DNA from: Desulfobacterales bacterium
GTDB taxonomy: Bacteria; Desulfobacterota; Desulfobacteria; Desulfobacterales; UBA5852
NCBI GenBank assembly: GCA_963674755.2
Contig: CAXXVS010000002.1
Coordinates: 448,001-512,000 of the forward strand
Direction: 5' to 3'
Length of the DNA stretch: 64,000 nt
Notes under the pieces: generated by a model
Told to the model about the DNA's origin: nothing
The model's input: the letters and a program-made list of their open reading frames with translations, nothing else
The model's database searches: none
Made by a program: the position numbers and the translations under genes
Part shown: positions 41,101 to 48,989 of the stretch, in pieces
Layout of the letters: every line of letters begins with the position of its first letter
How positions within the stretch are numbered: position 1 is the first letter of the stretch

Positions 41101-41536
41101 TTACAAGGACCTCGAGATCGATTATCTGGAAAATTACTGGCTCCAGGACAAAGATGTGCTGGGGGTCACCCATTTCGGCGATCTGGTGCCGGAGGTGCTG
41201 TGGCTGGGAGACGAACAGAACATCCGGGTGCAAAACCTGATCGCGACCCGCATTCGCTACAAGCTTGAAAAATGCCGCCAGCTCCAACCCGATCCGGTGT
41301 TGAAGGAACAGATTGTGGAGACCAAAACCATCCTGCGGGAGGAAATGGAGGCGGAGATCATTCGACGGCTGCAAGCCTTGCGCAAATACATGCGCAGCCC
41401 GGTGCGCGATCCCCACATCTCGTTGGAAGAGATTTTCCGCGACGGAGTCCGCAACCCGCGGCAGCGCCTGTCGGCCGTGGCTCAGCTGGTGCGCAACGGA
41501 CTCAACCGGTTTCGTCGGGAGTGCCGTCCGGAATAG
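38117..41536 (+). CDS. Tandem AAA+ ATPase fused to a Lon-type (S16) serine protease domain
   Basis: Walker A GVSGSGKS and GPPGGGKT; Walker B FFDEGD; SRH TTNRLDILDPALIR; Lon motifs GGPSAG, GVTG, IGGHKKK. Confidence 0.85.
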   Translation: MMARRVTRQVKYVRLPEKRIREIDALVSSWPYETRAFMRARLNQYKPRTGFLNFLMDRFLFLAVGVHDKSFEIINDPEVITDWQMRFEISGQRNPQDAWNKILDKEISARDHLYLLSLLDRELRDIHVPYELQSLFEKIYRAHLRKEYLSDPEVPKSPLVLVVGVSGSGKSATVERVIEDVIFANEILPEIDLQQKKEVILADLPFWKTIEEVDPTLAFEISRRNQTRFYQGLSKIPLIRWLFKKRIALNLTELGEQGIPVDYAIVTPNEYQTALAGEPGNYFRKAMGDPKKTAIRHIEEAHSAFGKASEEQSGPQRQQRTLVDAANIILDEIASGRRDCVLVATTDQPERIDGAIYRRFVEKGAIIDLGDYWQNKANLAEVVRIELQRNDIHLIGPENALPRRQVDTLQAVDLDQAVEGIYRLFRERSLTLTPAYVRKLVHSIIQIRHTFDAAFLDDADLVRQAFELVAKNTYGDLYKRVVDHMDRRVKWEEYIGDIKYVFSEMANNCLQYGLSEEKGVVLNGPPGGGKTFLVRTWLSENSAIHDIATSASALQDPINPVEGAVDNMEKVYDIAKMIAPTVIFFDEGDALAPKRSSTGGSPQDKLTNKFLSLIDGEIPLNQVFTVLTTNRLDILDPALIRSKRLKVLEVTGHLRKSDIAAIVAASLGDVPLEAGLDLSAVVEAAQNICNTPADYTAFVEKARSLRSTEYEIILRLRKIPAMSEKDNRNFIKFNLKTLLGMLNALQAPAEMINQVREHPGQFIQQHRMVLDLIAGVENEIQYPLRRAHLESARSEISQSPVKKGKVQLDEFLEGELSEEPQVGFIVGVGANDVTGVLLPIATSLNYKMAPDKVLVTGAVSTSAPGAAELDMSVKMTQQSAQEALTLVKNYLQHLQPKISIPRLFGEFLDHYTIHHQLLTASYNVGGPSAGYALALNTLSALLMIPVLNDFGVTGAPWTRGAKKGEIGGSVIIGGHKKKTEKVLLHLRRMYMPLQNYKDLEIDYLENYWLQDKDVLGVTHFGDLVPEVLWLGDEQNIRVQNLIATRIRYKLEKCRQLQPDPVLKEQIVETKTILREEMEAEIIRRLQALRKYMRSPVRDPHISLEEIFRDGVRNPRQRLSAVAQLVRNGLNRFRRECRPE

Positions 41537-41705
41537 GGACGGCCATTCAGTCGCCTTTCAACCGTTTCTCCCGCCAAGCATCGTCGGCGGTGCGGTTGAC
41601 AGACGATCCCCCTATCCGATACAGCTCATGGCGTTGTGCCGATCGGGCTGCGGTGCCCCGGCCGGCCGTTGCCCATACCCCATTACCTCCCGAAAGGACG
41701 ATGCC

Positions 41706-42179
41706 ATGCCTGCCGAAGCATTCCAGGACAGCTACCCCGATGACCTCAGCCATTGCTACGGATGCGGCCGTCTCAATCCCCACGGACTCCAGATCAAAAG
41801 CACCTGGGAGGGGGAGGAAGCGGTTTGCCGATATACGCCCAAGTCCTACCATACCGCCATACCGGGGTACGTGTACGGCGGTCTGATCGCCTCCTTGATC
41901 GACTGCCACAGCACCGGGACCGCTTCCGCCGCGGCCCGCCGCGCCGCTGGTGATGACGCTGACGCCCAGGAGGCGTTCCGTTTCCTCACCGCCTCGCTGC
42001 ATGTCAACTACCTCAAACCCACCCCGATCGATGCGGTTCTGGAAGTCCGCGCCCAGATCAAAGAGATCAAGGGCCGCAAGGTGGTGATTGCCTCGCGGCT
42101 GATGGCGGGCGGGCAGGTTTGCGCCACCGGGGAAGTGGTTGCCGTTCAGGTGCCGGAACATCTTATGCCCGGTCGTTAG
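41706..42179 (+). CDS. PaaI/hotdog-fold thioesterase
   Basis: CYGCG..NPHGL, GYVYGGLIASLIDC, TASLHVNYLKPTP. Confidence 0.9.
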   Translation: MPAEAFQDSYPDDLSHCYGCGRLNPHGLQIKSTWEGEEAVCRYTPKSYHTAIPGYVYGGLIASLIDCHSTGTASAAARRAAGDDADAQEAFRFLTASLHVNYLKPTPIDAVLEVRAQIKEIKGRKVVIASRLMAGGQVCATGEVVAVQVPEHLMPGR

Positions 42180-42270
42180 CGGCCGGCCGCGGTGGCACCT
42201 TGCGACTGCAGCCGCCGTTATGACGCCGTGGGATGGCGGTGTGCGTGCCATCCGAGGGGAGACTTTGCGG

Positions 42271-42867
42271 ATGGCAGATTGGACGATCCCCCAGGGACAG
42301 AGCGGAACGCCGTCGTCGGAACATCTGCCGCAAAGTCCTTCCATCCGTGCCCTGGCGCTCGGCGCTGTTGTGAGCCTTGTGGTTTTGCTGGGGATGGTTT
42401 CGCTGGACCAGGCCCTCCGGACGCCGGCCGCGCCAAACGGGATTGTCTCCCTCGAACTGGCAGGGTCCCTGGCCGCGGCCCGGCATATCTTGGATTCATG
42501 GCCGGCGGTTGCACGGATTCAGGCCGGTCTCAGCCTGGGTCTGGACTTTTCCTTCCTGGCGGCCTATGCCTTTACGCTGGCCGGCGCCTGCCGCAAAGTG
42601 GCATCTTATCTCCCGCCGGAGCGCATGTGGTGCCGACCCATGGGGGGCGTCCTGGCCAAAGCGGCCTGGGTGACCGGATGTCTGGATGTGGTCGAAAACC
42701 TGGCCCTCATTGAGTTTCTGATCGGCCCGCATCTGGCCTGGCCGCCTGTTCTGGCGGCGTGCTGCGCCTGGCCGAAATTCGGCCTCGCGGCCGTCATTCT
42801 GCTTTATATCGGCCTTGGCGGGGCAATGATCACGGTCCGGCGGTGGCGAACGCCCACTTCCGCGTGA
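42271..42867 (+). CDS. Hypothetical membrane protein (about 4 TM helices)
   Basis: Hydrophobic segments; GIVSLELA, LDFSFLAAY, LDVVEN. Confidence 0.7.
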   Translation: MADWTIPQGQSGTPSSEHLPQSPSIRALALGAVVSLVVLLGMVSLDQALRTPAAPNGIVSLELAGSLAAARHILDSWPAVARIQAGLSLGLDFSFLAAYAFTLAGACRKVASYLPPERMWCRPMGGVLAKAAWVTGCLDVVENLALIEFLIGPHLAWPPVLAACCAWPKFGLAAVILLYIGLGGAMITVRRWRTPTSA

Positions 42868-42935
42868 GCACCGGTGCCTTCGGGTGATGGACGCAATGTC
42901 CGGTCGTGGCCCAGCGCGCATTACGAGGTAGAACC

Positions 42936-43484
42936 ATGCGACTTGATATCAAAGACGTGACCGCCGGAGGCGTTCGGATAAGGGCGGACCTCGACCCGGA
43001 GCAGTTGAAGGATCTTGACGCCCTTCTATCCGGCCAGAGCTGCACCTTCCAGGGGGCACTGGCCGTAACGTTGCAGGTCACACCGACAGCAGACATGTTC
43101 CAGGTGACGGGGCGTGTCAATGGAGCCGCTGTTCTGGCCTGCAGCCGCTGCCTGGCGCCGGTCCAATGGCCCTTAAACGCCGATTTCACCCTAACCTTCA
43201 CCCGTCGCCTGCCCGGCGATGCCTTGGACGAGCCGCCGGAATCCCGCGAGCTCGAGGCGGAGGAATTGGGGGTGGTGCTGTTCGAAGGCGATGCGATCGA
43301 TTTCCGGGATGCTATCCAGGAGCAGGTGATCATGGCCCTGCCCATGCAACCCCTCTGCCGGAAAGACTGCCAGGGCTTGTGCACCCAATGCGGAGCCAAC
43401 CTGAATGACGGGCCGTGCCGTTGCTCCGGGAAGGATGTCGATCCGCGTCTGGCCGTTTTAAAAAACCTTAAACTGGATGGATAA
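42936..43484 (+). CDS. yceD: DUF177/YceD family protein
   Basis: CSRCL, LPMQPLCRKDCQGLCTQCGANLN, DPRLAVL. Confidence 0.9.
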   Translation: MRLDIKDVTAGGVRIRADLDPEQLKDLDALLSGQSCTFQGALAVTLQVTPTADMFQVTGRVNGAAVLACSRCLAPVQWPLNADFTLTFTRRLPGDALDEPPESRELEAEELGVVLFEGDAIDFRDAIQEQVIMALPMQPLCRKDCQGLCTQCGANLNDGPCRCSGKDVDPRLAVLKNLKLDG

Positions 43485-43648
43485 GGCCCCGCTACCGCCC
43501 CCGGCGTTGTATCGGGGTTGAATTGACAACCGCCCTCCAATTGAGCTATCGACCATAATCCCATAGGGGCTACGCCTTGTTGCCGCCGTCCAGGAGAAAA
43601 ATGGCCGGCGGTGGCCCTCAGCCTGTCGATTTAAAGGATCCCTGCGTC

Positions 43649-44689
43649 ATGCAACCATCCGCAAGCACGCCTCCGATGACTGTCCGCCCCCCGGCGGCGC
43701 GTTGTCGGCTTGTCTTCGAAGGCCTGACCGATCCGCGTCTGCCGCGTGAGATCGTGCTGGAGCGCTTGCGCCGTCTTCTCAAGGATGCACCGGATGTTTT
43801 TGAGCGCCGCCTGGCGCGGCTGCCGTTGGTGTTGTTGCCGGACAGCGATTCGACGACGGCCCGGCGGTACCAACGGCTGCTTGCGCAAAAGGGGGTTCTT
43901 TGCCGAATCGTGACGCTGGATGCCGGCCAAACCGGAGCGCGACCGGCCCCGGCCACGGGGGAGGGGAGCGTTGCCTCGCTTGCCATCGCTGGCGACGGGC
44001 AGGCACTGCTTGACGTCCCGTTGGGTCGGATCACCGCGCGGCGGCCCGGTTTTAAGAACGACGTGCGGCCGATCATTAACCTCGGGGCCGCTTTGTGCTT
44101 CAATCCGCGCGGTGTGATCGGTCGGGTCGAATCGGGAGTACCTTACGGCGCGGCCCTGATCCTGGCAGCGGGTGTCGGGCTGATGCAGGGGAGCACGGCG
44201 GTGTTGGCAGAGCACCCGGCCGGCGCGGCGGCGATGCTGCTGACCGTCCTGGCCATTCTGACCATCGCTCCGGCCCTGGGCATCCTGTTCGTCTATGTGC
44301 GCGGGTTTTTGCTCCATGCCGCGGGTCGTCTCTTAAAAGGCCGGGCCACGCCCCGCGAGCTGCGGGTGGCCTTGGCCTGGTCCGAGATTCCGCTTTTGTT
44401 GGGAGGGCTGATTGCGCTGCTGCAATTTGTAATGGGACGCTTGGGCGGCGCCGCCCTGGTCCGGACGGCGGATCCCGGGCTGCCGGTGTTGCTCAGTCGG
44501 GCCGGCTTCGGTGTGCTGCAGGCCGCGCTTGGGTTTTGGGCCTTGACCCTGCTGCTGCATACCCTGGCCGAGATCCAGGGGTTCAGCCTTTACCGTGCTT
44601 TCGCCAATATCGTCCTCGCAGCCACCGTGGTGCTGGTCCCGCTGGCGGTATTGGGTGGCGCGCTGATCGGCGCGGGGCTTGTGCCTTAG
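43649..44689 (+). CDS. Yip1-like multi-pass membrane protein with soluble N-terminal domain
   Basis: AGRLLKGRAT..LRVALAWSEIP, TLAEIQGFSLYRA; about 5 TM helices. Confidence 0.7.
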   Translation: MQPSASTPPMTVRPPAARCRLVFEGLTDPRLPREIVLERLRRLLKDAPDVFERRLARLPLVLLPDSDSTTARRYQRLLAQKGVLCRIVTLDAGQTGARPAPATGEGSVASLAIAGDGQALLDVPLGRITARRPGFKNDVRPIINLGAALCFNPRGVIGRVESGVPYGAALILAAGVGLMQGSTAVLAEHPAGAAAMLLTVLAILTIAPALGILFVYVRGFLLHAAGRLLKGRATPRELRVALAWSEIPLLLGGLIALLQFVMGRLGGAALVRTADPGLPVLLSRAGFGVLQAALGFWALTLLLHTLAEIQGFSLYRAFANIVLAATVVLVPLAVLGGALIGAGLVP

Positions 44690-44780
44690 GGTAGACCTCA
44701 GCGAATGGATGCCGCGCCTCGTGTTTTAAACGCCCGTTGCCCAAACCCACAACCGTCATGTTGGCAGAAAAGGAGACGCA

Positions 44781-45722
44781 ATGGATCGCTTAAGCCGTCG
44801 TCAATTTATCGGCAATTTGACCTGGCTGACCATCACCTCCCTGGCGTGGCCCCTGACGGCGCGGCCGGATTCCTGCGGTGCAGTGGCCCATCCCCTGGCG
44901 CCGCCGGATGCGGGCCTATACGGGCGGTGTCCCGCCTGCGGGATGACGCAAGCTATGTGGGCGCGCACCTGGAAGACCTTTCGCCTGGACGACCGTCGGC
45001 GTGACGCTTGTTCCTTCCACTGCCTGGCGGAAATGGCGCTCAAGAGCGGCCAGCCGTTGCAGGATGTCCAAACCGCCCTGTTTCTGCAGCCCCGCGGCAT
45101 GCTGCCGGCCGAAGCGGCCTGGTATGTGGTGGGGTCTTCGGCCCGTGGGACCATGACACAGGTCAGCAAGGCCGCCTTTCTGAGCCGCTCCGCCGCCCTT
45201 GATTTCGCAGCCCAATGCGGTGGCGAGGTCAGGGACTATGCGGCCACGTACCGACTGGCCCAGGGCAGCCTGGCCAGAGAAATCGCCATGATCGATAAAA
45301 AGCGGCTGGCCGGGAAGAAGATTGTTTCTCCGGTGGATCTAAAAGACGAATGCACCGTCTGCCGCATGTACCCGTCGCGCTATCCCCGGTATCGCAGCCA
45401 GGTTTCCGGCCCTGCCGGACACATCGATCATTTCTGTTCAACCCACTGTCTGTTCATATGGCTGGGCGATACCAATCACGATGCCTTGGCCGAAGGGTCA
45501 GCCGCCATGGTCTGGGTCACCGACTTCGCCTCCGGGCGCTGGATCAGCGGGCGAACGGCCTATTATGTCGTGGGTTCGCGATCCCTGGGGCCCATGGGAG
45601 CGGAAGCCATTGCTTTCGACCGCAAGGCCCGGGCCCGCGAATTTGCCCATGCCCATGGGGGACAGGTTTTGGAATTCCATCAGGTCGAGACCGGTGCTTC
45701 GGCCTGGATGCCGTTGTCCTGA
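44781..45722 (+). CDS. Tat-exported protein with two NosL-like domains
   Basis: LSRRQF signal; CPACGM...CSFHC...AWYVVGS..GTM and CTVCRM...CSTHC...AYYVVGS..GPMG. Confidence 0.82.
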   Translation: MDRLSRRQFIGNLTWLTITSLAWPLTARPDSCGAVAHPLAPPDAGLYGRCPACGMTQAMWARTWKTFRLDDRRRDACSFHCLAEMALKSGQPLQDVQTALFLQPRGMLPAEAAWYVVGSSARGTMTQVSKAAFLSRSAALDFAAQCGGEVRDYAATYRLAQGSLAREIAMIDKKRLAGKKIVSPVDLKDECTVCRMYPSRYPRYRSQVSGPAGHIDHFCSTHCLFIWLGDTNHDALAEGSAAMVWVTDFASGRWISGRTAYYVVGSRSLGPMGAEAIAFDRKARAREFAHAHGGQVLEFHQVETGASAWMPLS

Positions 45723-45965
45723 AAGCGCCTGCTCCCGAAAGTGGCCGGCCATCCGGCTTCCCGGTGTTTTTGCTGGTGAGCAGCGGCTTGACAAAATCAC
45801 CCCCAAGGCGCATAGGAAAATACAGGCCCAATTGTTCACAGATGCGTATCCCGGCACGCGGACCCGTTGCCGCTATGGGCGGCCCCGATAACCGGGCTGC
45901 TTGTGTCAAGCGATCCCTTGAAATGGCGCCAGACCGTATCCCCGATGGCGCCAGGAGGTGCTGTC

Positions 45966-46295
45966 ATGACAACCAAGCAAGATCAGAGACGCACCCCACG
46001 TATTGTCTGCGAATCTCCCATCGTCTGCTCCAGTCTCAACGGCCAAACCCTTTATTCCGCCCGAACCCTCAACTGCTGCGAAAGCGGACTGAGCTTCATC
46101 ACCCAGACGCCTTTGAAAGCCGGTATGACGATTTTCTTCCGCGCCGACACCCGCACCCAGAAACGCCTCGCCAGTCCATCCTCTAACACCATACGCGGCA
46201 CGGGGCTGGCCCAAATCCGCTGGTGTCGCCGTCTGCGCAGCAAGGCGTCGGCCAGCTACCGGGTCGGCGCCGAATATATGGAACCTTACCCCTGA
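45966..46295 (+). CDS. Single-domain PilZ protein
   Basis: AGGAGG RBS; QRRTPR (RxxxR), NCCESG, QIRWC, YRVGAEY. Confidence 0.82.
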   Translation: MTTKQDQRRTPRIVCESPIVCSSLNGQTLYSARTLNCCESGLSFITQTPLKAGMTIFFRADTRTQKRLASPSSNTIRGTGLAQIRWCRRLRSKASASYRVGAEYMEPYP

Positions 46296-46307
46296 CACGC
46301 CAAATCC

Positions 46308-47579
46308 ATGATCCGATTCGACGCGCTGCCCTATACCAACGCCCCCCTGCCCACCCATTGCCCTGTTACCGGATTACCGATCTACGGCCACTCCAGCTGG
46401 ACCTATAGCAGTCCCGGCGGCAGCTACCGTTTGCGGGTGAGCTTCATCGGCGACCGGATCGTTTGGTTGCAGCCCACGGGCTATGTCCGTTTAGCGTACG
46501 CCCAGGCGGGAATGGCGCTCCTGGAAGACGTGCTTTTTTCCATGCTGCCCAAAGCGTCGCCGTTTATTGCCATCGACGATTACTCGGCCATCAGCGGGGC
46601 CACCCTCAACGCCCGGCGGTTCGTCATTCAGACGCTGCGTCAGGAACGACGCATGCGAAGCTATATCGTCTACGGCGCACCACCTGTATTTCGCCTGGGG
46701 CTCGGTTTGAGCCGGCGGTTCAGGCTCTTTCCCTTCGAAGCCGTGATCGCCCGTAATTATGATGAAGCGGTCACGGCCGCGCATGTCCGCCTATACCGGG
46801 CGGAAAACCATTCCGAGGAAAGATCTAACGCGTCCCGCTCCGCCGCTGATGGCGAAATCGATGGTGCCGGCCTGGCAACCGATAACGCCGGGGACCCGCT
46901 GGCCCCCTATGCAGATGAACTGCTGGACATCGTGGGCAGCATCACCTTGGAGCCTTACGGGATGGTGCCGGTCTCACGAACGGTGCCTCTGGATCACCCT
47001 TTGCGTCCGGTTTACGACGCTCTGGGGTTGCTCCGGGAAGACATGCAAGCTATTCTCCGAGGTCATCGTGAAGCCCGCGCCAAGGTCGAGGGACGCGAAA
47101 AAGAGCTGATGGAAAAGCAGATCCTGCTCAACGAGACCCATACGACCCTCAATGTCTTGGTCCACACCCGGCAAGAGGAACGTCGGCGGTTTGAAGCGCG
47201 GATCAAAGACCGTTTTCAGACCTTGCTGCAGCCGCTCCTGGAGGGCTTTGAAAGCACCGTCATGACCCCCCGCCAACGCGAGCTGGTCCAGTTGCTCCGT
47301 CAAATGTTGCGCCATATCGGCGTCTGTCTGGCAAGCGAGGAACATGTTGTGCGAAAGGCGTTCACATCCCGGGAGCGCTTGATCGCCTATCTGCTGATCC
47401 TGGGGAAGAGCCCGCACGCGATCGCCCGCCTTTTAGAATGCTCGCCCCGCACCGTCGCGAACCATTGCCAGCGGATGCGCGCTAAGATCGGACTGGCCGG
47501 GCGCGTTCCCACGCTGCAGGACTGGCTGAGCGGGCAGGTTTCCACCGAACTTGAGCAAGCGGGGCGAGGGCGCCCATGA
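46308..47579 (+). CDS. LuxR-family regulator with unnamed N-terminal sensor domain
   Basis: C-terminal FTSRERLIA...IARLLECSPRTVANHCQRMRAKIG; coiled-coil linker. Confidence 0.82.
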   Translation: MIRFDALPYTNAPLPTHCPVTGLPIYGHSSWTYSSPGGSYRLRVSFIGDRIVWLQPTGYVRLAYAQAGMALLEDVLFSMLPKASPFIAIDDYSAISGATLNARRFVIQTLRQERRMRSYIVYGAPPVFRLGLGLSRRFRLFPFEAVIARNYDEAVTAAHVRLYRAENHSEERSNASRSAADGEIDGAGLATDNAGDPLAPYADELLDIVGSITLEPYGMVPVSRTVPLDHPLRPVYDALGLLREDMQAILRGHREARAKVEGREKELMEKQILLNETHTTLNVLVHTRQEERRRFEARIKDRFQTLLQPLLEGFESTVMTPRQRELVQLLRQMLRHIGVCLASEEHVVRKAFTSRERLIAYLLILGKSPHAIARLLECSPRTVANHCQRMRAKIGLAGRVPTLQDWLSGQVSTELEQAGRGRP

Positions 47580-48835
47580 GCCGTGCAGGCCGTTCCGTCA
47601 TTTCCGCTGATCCCGAAAGCTTCCCCTCCCGATGCCCTTTCTCCGGTCTCCCCATCGATACCCGGAAAGAATGGCAGTTCACCAATGCCGCCCAAACCTA
47701 TCGGACCGCCATCGCCCTGATCGGCAAGCTTATCTTCTGGGTGGTCCCCCGGGGCTACGTCACGGAGAATGACATGCAGCAGGCCATCCGGATGGCCGCC
47801 GGCATCAAGGCCGAGGTTCGTCCCGGCAATGCCCCGTTCGTCTTTATCGAGGATTTCCGCCATGTGAAAGGGGGCACCGCCGCCGCCCGCCGCCTCTATC
47901 TCGAGTTTACCAATTCCCTGGACGGGCTCTTGGGCTCCTTCCATTACGGCCTGCCGCCCTTTTTCCGCCTTAGTTTCAACCTCTCCCGCAGACTGCACCT
48001 GCATCGCTACCGGGTGCGGATGGTCCCGCGTTACGAAGACGCCGTCCATTCCGCCCTGGCGCTTTTAAAAGAGAATGGCCTGGCCATTCCGTCGGCAGCT
48101 TTCCCGCTGCGCCTTTTGCCTGAGGAAAAGGGGCCAGGGGAGGCCGGCCGGCCGGCCTTGCCGCCGCTGAGCGCTGCGTCTGACCACCTCTCCGCTCATG
48201 TGGACCTGCTCCTGGCCCATCTGGGTGAGCTCGATCTGGAACGCCCCGGAATCCCGGAGCCCCCCAGGGCGGCCCGGACCAGCGCCATGCAGCCTGTATA
48301 TGAAGCCCTTACGTTCCTCAAGTTGGATATGGACCAGTTTCTGGCGGAGCACCGCAGCCTCATGGACGCCCAGAGGGAACGCCATCAGAAGCTTCTCCAA
48401 AAAACGGCGGCCATCGAAGCCCGCAACCGGGAGCTGCAAGCCTTGCTGCAGAAAAGTGGGGAAGACCAGACCCGCTTGGGTGAGAACGCACGCTGCAACG
48501 TTCAAACGCTTTTGAAACCCCTGATCGCGATGATGGCCCGGGATGCCCGCAGCACGGAACAGCGGGAATGGATCGACGGCCTCAACGAGCGAATCGATGA
48601 TCTGGCCCACGACCTCCTTCCGCGTCTCGATTTAGGCAGCTATCGATTGACGCCCCGGGAAATTCGCATCGCGCGGATGATTCGGGATGGTGCCCGGTCG
48701 CAAACCATCGCCCGTCAACTGGGGCTGTCGATACGTACGGTGGAGTCCTTTCGCCGCCGGTTGCGGGATAAACTGGGCATCCGCGGCCAGCCGCGGAATT
48801 TGCGCACATTGCTGCTGACGATTCCGGACCACTGA
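47576..48835 (+). CDS. LuxR-family regulator, paralog of the upstream gene
   Basis: LTPREIRIARMIRDG..SQTIARQLGLSIRTVESFRRRLRDKLG; ATGA overlap. Confidence 0.87.
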   Translation: MSRAGRSVISADPESFPSRCPFSGLPIDTRKEWQFTNAAQTYRTAIALIGKLIFWVVPRGYVTENDMQQAIRMAAGIKAEVRPGNAPFVFIEDFRHVKGGTAAARRLYLEFTNSLDGLLGSFHYGLPPFFRLSFNLSRRLHLHRYRVRMVPRYEDAVHSALALLKENGLAIPSAAFPLRLLPEEKGPGEAGRPALPPLSAASDHLSAHVDLLLAHLGELDLERPGIPEPPRAARTSAMQPVYEALTFLKLDMDQFLAEHRSLMDAQRERHQKLLQKTAAIEARNRELQALLQKSGEDQTRLGENARCNVQTLLKPLIAMMARDARSTEQREWIDGLNERIDDLAHDLLPRLDLGSYRLTPREIRIARMIRDGARSQTIARQLGLSIRTVESFRRRLRDKLGIRGQPRNLRTLLLTIPDH

Positions 48836-48989
48836 CGTCCGCTTGAAAATCTGTTATAAAGACCTGGCACGGGTATTTCTTGACCCGTCGCCACCCGGCT
48901 GTGTTATCCATGGCCGCGGTCGGGCGGCGGACGTTTGGTAAGGGCGTCCGCGGGTGCTGGAAAAGATTTGGTTACGGTGTGTGACGATC

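Noticed and set aside
38117..41536. Calling the large ATPase FtsH, LonA, BrxL or ClpB
   Set aside because: No HExxH or TM pair (FtsH), no Lon N-domain and two SRH-type AAA modules (LonA), no BREX genes, and no Clp signatures.
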